Part shown: piece after piece, positions 54,832 to 62,426 of the stretch
How the letters are laid out: each line of letters opens with the position of its first letter
Position numbering within the stretch: the stretch's first letter is position 1
DNA from: Paracoccaceae bacterium
GTDB lineage: Bacteria; Pseudomonadota; Alphaproteobacteria; Rhodobacterales; Rhodobacteraceae
Length of the DNA: 64,000 nucleotides
Direction: 5' to 3'
Assembly (NCBI GenBank): GCA_020846995.1
Contig: JADLCV010000127.1
Location: forward strand, 19,364-83,363
Made by a program: the position numbers and the translations under genes
The notes under the pieces: model-generated
Told to the model about the DNA's origin: nothing
Databases searched by the model: none
Seen by the model: only the letters and a program-made list of their open reading frames with translations

Positions 54832-55128
54832 ATGGCTAGACGGCTTCAGGGGATCGGGACGCCGGTCCGCTTCACCTTCGAGGGGGTCGCGGTCGAGGCC
54901 GCGGCCGGCGACACGGTGGCGGCGGCGCTTCTGGCCGCGGGCCACCGCGACCTCCGCCCGAGCGCGGTCTCGGGCGCCCCGCGCGGCCCCTACTGCCTGA
55001 TGGGGGCATGCTTCGACTGCCTGGTGCGCATCGACGGCGCCCCCAACCGTCAGGCGTGCATGACCGAGGTCGCGCCGGGCATGGATGTCCGGCGCATGGC
55101 CCATGTCGGAAAGGGCGAGGGGCGATGA
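54832..55128 (+). CDS. Small (2Fe-2S)-binding subunit (HcnA / opine-oxidase small-subunit-like)
   Basis: 98 aa: VRFTFEGVAVEAAAGDTVAAALLA...PRGPYCLMGACFDCLVRIDG...QACMT. The stop overlaps the next start (ATGA). Confidence 0.8.
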   Translation: MARRLQGIGTPVRFTFEGVAVEAAAGDTVAAALLAAGHRDLRPSAVSGAPRGPYCLMGACFDCLVRIDGAPNRQACMTEVAPGMDVRRMAHVGKGEGR

Positions 55129-56522
55129 TGGTCCGTGAGGTGGACGTGGCGGTGATCGGGGCCGGTCCGGCCGGCCTTGCCGCCGCCGTCGAGGCGGCCG
55201 CGGCCGGCCTGTCGGTGACGGTCCTCGACGAGCAGCCCGCCCCCGGCGGCCAGGTCTACCGGGCGATCGAGAGGGCCGATTCCGGCCGCCTCGCGATCCT
55301 CGGCCAGGACTATGCCGAGGGCCGCGAGCTCGTCGCGGCCTTCCGCGCCTCGCGGGCGGAGTATCTGCCCGCGGCGACGGTGTGGAACATCGGCACCGAC
55401 CGGCTGATCGACTACTCGCAGGGGGGCGAGATCGCCTGCCTGCGCGCGACCGCGATCGTCGCCGCCACCGGGGCGCTCGAGCGGCCCTGCCCCGTCCCCG
55501 GCTGGACGCTGCCCGGGGTCACCACCGCGGGCGGGCTCCAGATCCTCCTCAAGGGCGCGGGCGTGGTCGAGGACGACCTCGTCCTTGCCGGCGCCGGGCC
55601 GCTCCTGTGGCTCATCGCCTCGCAGCTCGTGGCCGCCGGGGCGCCGCCGCGGGCGGTGGTCGAGACCCTGCCGCGGGGCCGGCAGGCGGCGGCGCTCGCG
55701 CGCCTGCCCGGGGCCCTGCGGGCGGCCGGCTACCTCAGGAAGGGCGTCGCCCTCATGAACGCGGTGCGGCGGGCAGGGGTGGCCGTCCACACCCATGCCG
55801 AGGGCCTCGAGATCGAGGGCGAGACGCGGGTCACGGGCCTGAGGTTCCGCGCCGAGGGGGGCGAGCACCGCCTTCACTGCACCGCCGTCGGCCTCCACCA
55901 GGGGGTCATTCCCAACCCGCAGGTGACGCGGCTCCTGCGCTGCGAGCATGTCTGGGACGCCTCCCAGCACGCCTTCCGGCCGGTCCTCGACGACGACTTC
56001 CAGACCACCTTCCCGGGCCTCTACGTCGCCGGCGACGCCGGCGGAATCGGCGGCGCCCGGGCCGCGGCCCTCCAGGGCCGCCTCGTCGGGATGCATCTCG
56101 CCGCCCGGGCCGGCCGCAAGGTCGCGGGCAAGCCCGCCGCCCTCCGCACGGCCCTCGCCCGCGACCTCGCCATCCGCCCCTTCCTTGAGGCGCTCTACGC
56201 CCCCGACCCGGCGATCCTCAACCCCGCCGACTCGACGATCGTCTGCCGCTGCGAGGAGGTGACGGCGGGGCGAGTGCGGGCGGCGGTGAAGCTTGGCGCG
56301 CCCGGAGCGAACCAGGTGAAATCGCTCGTCCGCACCGGCATGGGTCCCTGCCAGGGCCGGGTCTGCGGGGTTGCCGTGTCGGCGATCATCGCCACCGCCC
56401 GGGGCGCCCCCCCCGACACGGCCGACTACTACCGCATCCGCCCGCCCCTGAAGCCCCTGGCGCTGACCGAACTCGCCGCCTATCCGATGATCGCGCCCGA
56501 CCTGGAGATCCGAGAGCCGTGA
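55125..56522 (+). CDS. FAD/NAD(P)-binding oxidoreductase subunit (HcnB / OoxA-like) with a BFD-like 2Fe-2S motif
   Basis: VAVIGAGPAGLAAAVEAA...; the C-terminal CRCEEVT...GMGPCQGRVC is the BFD-like [2Fe-2S] pattern; 465 aa. Confidence 0.85.
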   Translation: MMVREVDVAVIGAGPAGLAAAVEAAAAGLSVTVLDEQPAPGGQVYRAIERADSGRLAILGQDYAEGRELVAAFRASRAEYLPAATVWNIGTDRLIDYSQGGEIACLRATAIVAATGALERPCPVPGWTLPGVTTAGGLQILLKGAGVVEDDLVLAGAGPLLWLIASQLVAAGAPPRAVVETLPRGRQAAALARLPGALRAAGYLRKGVALMNAVRRAGVAVHTHAEGLEIEGETRVTGLRFRAEGGEHRLHCTAVGLHQGVIPNPQVTRLLRCEHVWDASQHAFRPVLDDDFQTTFPGLYVAGDAGGIGGARAAALQGRLVGMHLAARAGRKVAGKPAALRTALARDLAIRPFLEALYAPDPAILNPADSTIVCRCEEVTAGRVRAAVKLGAPGANQVKSLVRTGMGPCQGRVCGVAVSAIIATARGAPPDTADYYRIRPPLKPLALTELAAYPMIAPDLEIREP

Positions 56523-57667
56523 CCCAGCCATCGCAACCCGCCCGGAGTGCCGACGTCGTCGTCATCGGCGGCGGCATCCACGGCAGTTCGGCCGCCCTCT
56601 ACCTCGCCCAGCGCGGCCTCTCGGTGATCGTGCTCGAGAAGGACAGCGTCGGCCGCCACGCCTCGGGCGTCAACGCCGGCGGCGTCCGCCGCCTCGGCCG
56701 CCACCTTGCCGAGGTGCCGATCGCGGTCCGGTCGCGCCGGATCTGGGCCACCGTCGCCGACTTCCTCGGCGACGACTGCGGCTTCGAGGTCGCCCCCCAG
56801 ATGCGGCTTGCGCGGAGCGAGGAGCACCTCGTGGCCATGCGCGCGCGGGTCGCCGAGATGCAGGCGCTCGGCTACCACCACGAGGTGATGATCGGCACCA
56901 ACCAGATCCGCGAGTACATCCACAGCCTCTCGGACGAGGTCGTGGGCGCCGTCGCCTGCCTCGACGACGGCTTTGCCCAGCCCTACCAGACGACCTTTGC
57001 CATCCACCGCAAGGCCAGGGCACTCGGCGCCCGCTTCCACGAGGGGGTGCGGGCGCTCGGCCTGACGCGGGAGGCCGGCGGCGACTGGCGGGTGGCGACC
57101 GCCGAGGGGGACTTCACCGCCCCCCGGGTGCTCCTCGCCGGCGGCCTCTGGTCGGGCGAGATCAGCGCGACGCTGGGCGAGCCCGTGCCGATCATTCCCT
57201 TCGCGCCGATGATGCTCGTCACCACGAGGCTGCCCCCCTTCTGCAACGCGGTCGTGGGGGCGGCGGGGGTGCCGCTCTCGTTCAAGCAGATGCCGAACGG
57301 CACCGTCGTCATCGGCGGCGGCCGGCCCGGCCGGCCCGACGCCGCGACCAACCGCGCCGAGACCACCTTCCATCCCCTGCGGCTCTCGGCCCAGACCTGC
57401 ATCTCGCTCTTTCCGATCATGGCCGAGGCGAGCGTCGTGCGGACCTGGGCCGGGCTCGAGGCGGAGATGCCCGACCAGATCCCGGTGGTCGGGCCGTCCC
57501 TCCGCCACGAGGGGCTCTACTACGCCTTCGGCTTCTCGGGCCACGGCTTCCAGCTCGGGCTCGGCATGGGCGAGATCATGGCCGAACTGATCGCGACCGG
57601 CGCGACCGACGTCGATCTCGCGCCCTTCTCGATCGGCCGCTTCACCGGCGGGGCGCCCGCGTACTGA
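56519..57667 (+). CDS. FAD-dependent amine oxidoreductase subunit (HcnC / OoxB / sarcosine oxidase beta-like)
   Basis: The GTG start overlaps the upstream stop (GTGA). VVVIGGGIHGSSAALYLAQRG...HASGVNAGGVR...FGFSGHGFQLG; 382 aa. Confidence 0.85.
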   Translation: MTQPSQPARSADVVVIGGGIHGSSAALYLAQRGLSVIVLEKDSVGRHASGVNAGGVRRLGRHLAEVPIAVRSRRIWATVADFLGDDCGFEVAPQMRLARSEEHLVAMRARVAEMQALGYHHEVMIGTNQIREYIHSLSDEVVGAVACLDDGFAQPYQTTFAIHRKARALGARFHEGVRALGLTREAGGDWRVATAEGDFTAPRVLLAGGLWSGEISATLGEPVPIIPFAPMMLVTTRLPPFCNAVVGAAGVPLSFKQMPNGTVVIGGGRPGRPDAATNRAETTFHPLRLSAQTCISLFPIMAEASVVRTWAGLEAEMPDQIPVVGPSLRHEGLYYAFGFSGHGFQLGLGMGEIMAELIATGATDVDLAPFSIGRFTGGAPAY

Positions 57668-57679
57668 CCGCGCGGGCTT

Positions 57680-57698
57680 CCCCCCCCCGGGGGGGGGG
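57680..57698. terminator. C9G10 self-complementary tract between convergent genes (putative bidirectional hairpin)
   Basis: Counted directly: 9 C then 10 G. It lies 13 nt after the stop at 57667 and 29 nt from the stop at 57727. Confidence 0.4.
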
Positions 57699-57726
57699 AG
57701 GGCGGCCGGCCCGCGCCCTTCCCCCG

Positions 57727-59886
57727 TCAGTCCGGGTAGAAGCGCGACCCTGCCGCGGCCATCGCCGCGAGCCGGGCGGGGGGGGCGAAGCGGGGGCCGT
57801 GGCGGGCGGCGAGCGACGCCGCGCGGGCCCCGGCGGCGGCCGCGCCGACGCGGTCGACCCAGCCGAAGGGCCCCCCCGTCCCGGGCGCGAAACCCCAGCC
57901 GAGGACGGCGCCGACGTCGCCCGCCCGCGGCTCCTCGAGCACGCCCTCGTCGAGCGCCCGCAGCGCCTCCAGCACCTGGACGAGGAGGAGGCGGTCGCGC
58001 ACCTCGGCCGCGTCGGCCGGCCGGGCCGGGAAGCGCCCCGCGAGCCCCGGCCAGAGCCCCGTCCGCCGGCCGCGGGCGTCGTAGTCGTAGAAGCCCGCGC
58101 CGGCCTTGCGGCCGATCCGTCCCGCCTCGGCCATCGGGAAGATGACCTCGTCCACCGCCGTGTCGGCATAGCCCGGCCCGAGCGCCGCCCGCGTCGCCCT
58201 GGCGATCCGCACCGCGAGGTCGATCGCGATCTCGTCCATGAGTTGCAGGGGCCCGACCGGCATCCCGAGGGCCTTCGCCACGTTCTCGACGAGGGCCGGG
58301 CCCGCCCCCTCGGCCAGGAGCCGGACGCCCTCGTTGATGTAGGGGATGATGCAGCGGTTGGCATAGAAGAAGCGGGCGTCGTTGACGACGATCGGCGTCT
58401 TGCGCAGCTGGCGGACGAAATCGAGCGCCGTGGCCACCGCCCGCGCCCCCGTCGCCCTGCCGCGGATGACCTCGACCAGCGCCATCTTCTCGACCGGCGA
58501 GAAGAAGTGGATGCCGAGGAAGGTCGCGGCCCCGCCGACGGCGGCGGCAAGGCCGGTCACGGGCAGGGTCGAGGTGTTGGTGGCGATGACCGCCCCCGGC
58601 GCCGCCGCCGCCGCCTGCGCGAGCACCTTCGCCTTGACCTGCGGATCCTCGAAGACGGCCTCGATGACGAGGTCGGCATCGGCGAGGGCGCCGTAGTCCG
58701 CCCCGGCCGCGATCCGCCCGAGGGTGGCGTCGCGCCGCGCCGCCGCCAGCCGGCCGCGGGCGACCTCGGCCTCGAGCGCCGCGGCGAGCCTCGCCCGCCC
58801 GGCCTCCGCCGCCGCGGCCGTCGCGTCGAGGAGGGCGACCGTGATCCCGGCCTCGGCGGCGACGCGGGCGATGCCCGCCCCCATCATCCCCGCCCCGATC
58901 ACCGCGAGCCGCCGGACGCTGCGGTCGGGCTCGGCCCCGGGGCGGGCCGCGCCCTTCTCGAGCGCCTCCTTGCTGAGGAAGAGGGTGCGGATCATCGCCG
59001 TCGCGGTGGGATCGACGAGGACGGTCGTGAAGTGCCGCGCCTCGATCCTGAGGGCGGTGTCGAAGGGCACGAGCGCGCCCTCGTAGACGGCCGAGAGGAG
59101 CGCGCGCGCCGCCGGATAGAGGCCCTGGGTGCGGCCGTTGACCATCGCCGAGGCGCCGACGAAGGTCATGTAGCCCTCCGGGCTGTAGGGCGCCCCGCCC
59201 GGCATCCGCCAGCCCTTCGCGTCCCAGGGCTTGACGAGATCGGCGTCCTTCGCCGCGAGGATCCACTCGCGGGCGCGGGCCAGAAGGGTGGCCGCCGGCA
59301 CCACCTCGTCGACGATCCCCGCCGCCTTCGCCTCGGCCGGGGTCGCCATCCGGCCCTCGAGCAGGAAAGGCGCCGCCGCCATCACGCCCAGCCTGCGGGC
59401 GAGCCGCGTCGTGCCGCCGCCGCCCGGGAAGAGCCCGACCTTGATCTCGGGCAGGCCGATCCGCGCCCGGGGATTGTCGGCGACGAGGATGCGGTGGCAG
59501 GCGAGCGCCAGCTCGAGCCCGACGCCCGCGGCGGTGCCGGGCAGGGCCGCGACCACGGGCTTGCCGCCCCTGAGCGTCCGCGCGTCCATCCCCGCCCGCT
59601 CGATCCGCCGCATCAGCGCGTGGATCTCCATCACGCCGGCGAAGATCGCGGCCGGCCCCCGCGCCTTCAGCCCGGCGAAGGACGCAAGATCCATGCCGCC
59701 GGCGAAGTCGGGCTTGGCCGAGGTCAGGACGATGCCCTTCACGCCCGCGTCGGCGAGCGCCGCCTCGACGAGCGCCGCGAGCGTCGCCAGACCCTCGAAG
59801 CTCATCACGTTCATCGACCGGCCGGGAACGTCCCAGGTGACGGTGCAGATGCCCTCGGCATCGGTCTCGGCGCGGAAATCGGGCAT
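57727..59886 (-). CDS. Multifunctional enoyl-CoA hydratase / 3-hydroxyacyl-CoA dehydrogenase (FadB/FadJ type)
   Basis: 719 aa with an N-terminal crotonase fold (FAGGMDL...GLPEIKVGLFPGGGGT), a central VIGAGMMGAGIA Rossmann motif, and NTSTLPVT...HFFSPV. Confidence 0.9.
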   Translation of the reverse strand: MPDFRAETDAEGICTVTWDVPGRSMNVMSFEGLATLAALVEAALADAGVKGIVLTSAKPDFAGGMDLASFAGLKARGPAAIFAGVMEIHALMRRIERAGMDARTLRGGKPVVAALPGTAAGVGLELALACHRILVADNPRARIGLPEIKVGLFPGGGGTTRLARRLGVMAAAPFLLEGRMATPAEAKAAGIVDEVVPAATLLARAREWILAAKDADLVKPWDAKGWRMPGGAPYSPEGYMTFVGASAMVNGRTQGLYPAARALLSAVYEGALVPFDTALRIEARHFTTVLVDPTATAMIRTLFLSKEALEKGAARPGAEPDRSVRRLAVIGAGMMGAGIARVAAEAGITVALLDATAAAAEAGRARLAAALEAEVARGRLAAARRDATLGRIAAGADYGALADADLVIEAVFEDPQVKAKVLAQAAAAAPGAVIATNTSTLPVTGLAAAVGGAATFLGIHFFSPVEKMALVEVIRGRATGARAVATALDFVRQLRKTPIVVNDARFFYANRCIIPYINEGVRLLAEGAGPALVENVAKALGMPVGPLQLMDEIAIDLAVRIARATRAALGPGYADTAVDEVIFPMAEAGRIGRKAGAGFYDYDARGRRTGLWPGLAGRFPARPADAAEVRDRLLLVQVLEALRALDEGVLEEPRAGDVGAVLGWGFAPGTGGPFGWVDRVGAAAAGARAASLAARHGPRFAPPARLAAMAAAGSRFYPD

Positions 59887-59889
59887 GGG

Positions 59890-60345
59890 TCAGCTCCTCG
59901 GGCGGCCGTCGGCGTGGCGGTAGCGGCGCGCGGCGCCGTCCCTCTCGGTGACAAGGTCGTGGTCGGGATAGTGGATGACATCGCGCGCCGCCCGCGTGCC
60001 GACGGTCAGGTAGAGCGCGTCGCGGGGGCCGCGGTTCTCGAGGTAGTGGCCGACCGCGAGGCCCGCGGGCCAGGCCGCGACCTCGCCCGGCAGAAGCCGT
60101 GTCGCCTCGTCCTCGACCAGCCACACCTCGCCCTCGAGCACGAGGACGAGTTCGTCCTCGTGCTCGTGCCAGTGGCGGAATGAGGAGCGCGACCCCGGCG
60201 GCAGCCGCTCGAGATGGGCGCCGAACTGGCGAAGCCCGCCGGCATCCGAGAGGAGGCGGAAGGCCGCGGGGCCGAGCCCGCCCCCGAGCACGGGGTGGGC
60301 GGTGTCGGCCTCGGCGACGAAGGGGGGGAGCGCGACCTTCGGCAT
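59890..60345 (-). CDS. Cupin domain protein
   Basis: 151 aa with the cupin motif FRHWHEHEDELVLVLEGE. The start overlaps the thiolase stop by 1 nt. Confidence 0.8.
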   Translation of the reverse strand: MPKVALPPFVAEADTAHPVLGGGLGPAAFRLLSDAGGLRQFGAHLERLPPGSRSSFRHWHEHEDELVLVLEGEVWLVEDEATRLLPGEVAAWPAGLAVGHYLENRGPRDALYLTVGTRAARDVIHYPDHDLVTERDGAARRYRHADGRPRS

Positions 60346-61556
60346 CAGACCCGCTCCAGGATCGTCGCCGCCCCCATGCCCGAGGCGACGCAGAGCGTGA
60401 CCAGCCCGGTCCCCGCCCCCGTCCGCTCCATCTCGTCGATGAGGGTGCCGACCAGCATGGCCCCCGTCGCCCCCAGCGGATGGCCCATGGCGATCGCCCC
60501 GCCGTTGACGTTGACGCGGCCCGGATCGGCCCCGAAGGCCTGCTGGAAACGCAGCACGACGGCCGCGAAGGCCTCGTTGACCTCGCAGAGGTCGATGTCG
60601 GAAAACTGCATGCCGGCGGCAGCGAGAACCCTTTCGGTCACGGCCACGGGGCCCGTCAGCATGATCGTCGGCTCTGACCCGATCGCGGCCGAGGCGACAA
60701 TCCGCGCGCGTGGTTGCAGGCCGAACCTCAGGCCGAACTCGCGGCTGCCGACGACCACGGCGGCGGCGCCGTCGACGATGCCCGACGAGTTGCCGGCATG
60801 GTGGACATGTTCGATCCGTTCAAGCTCGGGGTATTTCATCAGGGCCACGGCGTCGAACCCCGGGAGCGTCTCGCCAAGCTCGCGGAAGGCCGGCGCGAGG
60901 GCGGCGAGGGCGGCCATGTCGGTGCCCGGGCGCAGGTGCTCGTCGCGGGCGAGGATGGTCAGGCCGTTGGCGTCGGTGACGGGCACGATCGAGCGGGCGA
61001 AGCGGCCCTCGGCCCAGGCCCGCGCCGCCCGGGCCTGGCTTTCCACCGCCAGGGCATCGACGTCGGCGCGCCCGAAGCCGTGGCGGGTGGCGATGAGGTC
61101 GGCACCAATGCCCTGGGGCACGAAGCCGTGGCGGAAGGTGACGGCCGGGTCGACGGCGACCGCCGCCCCGTCCGAGCCCATGGCGACGCGGCTCATCATC
61201 TCGACGCCGCCGGCGATGAAGCCCGCCCCGACCCCGGCCCGGACCTGCGCCGCGGCGAGGTTGACGGCCTCGAGCCCGCTGGCGCAGAAGCGGTTGACGG
61301 CAAGGCCGGGCACGCTCTCGGCCAGCCCCGAGGCGAGGACGGCGGTGCGGGCGAGGCAGCCGCCCTGTTCGCCCACCTGGGTGACGTTGCCCCAGATGAC
61401 GTCCGCGACGGCATCGGGCGGAAGGCCGCTGCGGGCGAGGGCGGCATCGAGCATCAGTGCCGAGAGGCGGAGCGCCGTCACCTCGTGAAGCGCGCCGTCG
61501 GCCCGGCCGCGGCCGCGCGGGCTCCGGAGCGCGTCGTAGACGAAGGCATCGGTCAT
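60345..61556 (-). CDS. Acetyl-CoA C-acyltransferase (3-ketoacyl-CoA thiolase)
   Basis: 403 aa: NRFCASGLEAV (active-site Cys), NEAFAAVVL, NVNGGAIAMGHPLGATG, CVASGMG. Confidence 0.95.
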   Translation of the reverse strand: MTDAFVYDALRSPRGRGRADGALHEVTALRLSALMLDAALARSGLPPDAVADVIWGNVTQVGEQGGCLARTAVLASGLAESVPGLAVNRFCASGLEAVNLAAAQVRAGVGAGFIAGGVEMMSRVAMGSDGAAVAVDPAVTFRHGFVPQGIGADLIATRHGFGRADVDALAVESQARAARAWAEGRFARSIVPVTDANGLTILARDEHLRPGTDMAALAALAPAFRELGETLPGFDAVALMKYPELERIEHVHHAGNSSGIVDGAAAVVVGSREFGLRFGLQPRARIVASAAIGSEPTIMLTGPVAVTERVLAAAGMQFSDIDLCEVNEAFAAVVLRFQQAFGADPGRVNVNGGAIAMGHPLGATGAMLVGTLIDEMERTGAGTGLVTLCVASGMGAATILERV

Positions 61557-61566
61557 CGGGGCCTCC

Positions 61567-62196
61567 TCAGGCGGGCCGCCGGCGCGGCATCAGGTCGTAG
61601 GGATGGCGCCAGCCGGGAAGCGCCGAGAGCCGCGAGAGCCAGCGGTCGATGCCCGGCCATTCGGCGCGTGCGAAGCCGAAGGGCTCGGGGTAGTAGAAAT
61701 AGCCCGCGCAGGCGCAGTCGGCAATCGTGGGCCCGCCCCCCACCATCCAGTCGCGGCCGCGGAGATGGTCGTCGAGCACCTTCCAGGCCGCCCGGGCGCG
61801 GCCCTCGAGCCACTCGATCGCCGCCGCCGGGCGCTTCTCGGCGGGCAGGAAGTTCAGGAGGAAGCGCAGCGAGCCGTTCTGCGACGAACCCTTGTGGTTG
61901 TCCCAGAAGAGCCAGCGCAGGATCTCGCGCCGCTCGGCCGCGTCGCGGCCGCCAAGCCGGCCCGTGGTCTCGGCAACGTGAAGCTGGATGACGCCGGACT
62001 GGGTCAGCACGAGGTCGCCGTCGACAAGGACCGGGACCTCGCCCATCGGGTTCAGGGCCCGGAAGGCCGGGGCGCGGGTCTCGCCGCCGAAGAAGTCGAC
62101 GAAGACCGGCTCCCAGGCGCAGCCGGCCAGCTGGAGGCTCAGGGCGGCCTTGTAGGCATTGCCGCTCTCGCCGAAGCAGTGGAGTTTCGCCGTCAT
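61567..62196 (-). CDS. Glutathione S-transferase family protein
   Basis: 209 aa from ATG 62194-62196: MTAKLHCFGESGNAYKAALSL...ALNPMGEVPVLVDGDLVLTQSG.... The rest of the tracked 706-aa ORF is shadow. Confidence 0.85.
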   Translation of the reverse strand: MTAKLHCFGESGNAYKAALSLQLAGCAWEPVFVDFFGGETRAPAFRALNPMGEVPVLVDGDLVLTQSGVIQLHVAETTGRLGGRDAAERREILRWLFWDNHKGSSQNGSLRFLLNFLPAEKRPAAAIEWLEGRARAAWKVLDDHLRGRDWMVGGGPTIADCACAGYFYYPEPFGFARAEWPGIDRWLSRLSALPGWRHPYDLMPRRRPA

Positions 62197-62405
62197 CGCT
62201 GCCGCCCTCCCAGTTCCGCGGTGAACAGTCTCAGCCGGTGGGCGAGCGTCTCGCCATCGGTCACGCTGTCGAAATGCTCGAAGAGGAAGGACAGCGCCTC
62301 GCCCTCCTCGAGCCCGGCCTCGGCGGCGAAGCGGCGCAGGCGGCGATAGCCGTCCTCGCTCATCGCCACCGGAAAGCGGCGGGTCAGGCGCAGGCGCTTG
62401 GGCAT
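62193..62405 (-). CDS. Small hypothetical protein, possibly ribbon-helix-helix-like
   Basis: 70 codons with nearly all G/C at third positions. The stop overlaps the GST start (ATGA). MPKRLRLTRRFPVAMSEDGYRRLRRFAAEAGLEEGEALSFLFEHF has a strand-helix-helix pattern. The family was not recognised. Confidence 0.55.
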   Translation of the reverse strand: MPKRLRLTRRFPVAMSEDGYRRLRRFAAEAGLEEGEALSFLFEHFDSVTDGETLAHRLRLFTAELGGRQR

Positions 62406-62426
62406 CGCATCCCGTCCCGCCCCGGC

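Noticed and set aside
56480-60124. 1214-aa minus ORF and 794-aa plus ORF (57799..60183)
   Set aside because: They are shadows of the oxidase subunit and FadB/J-type genes, with R/G/P-rich composition.
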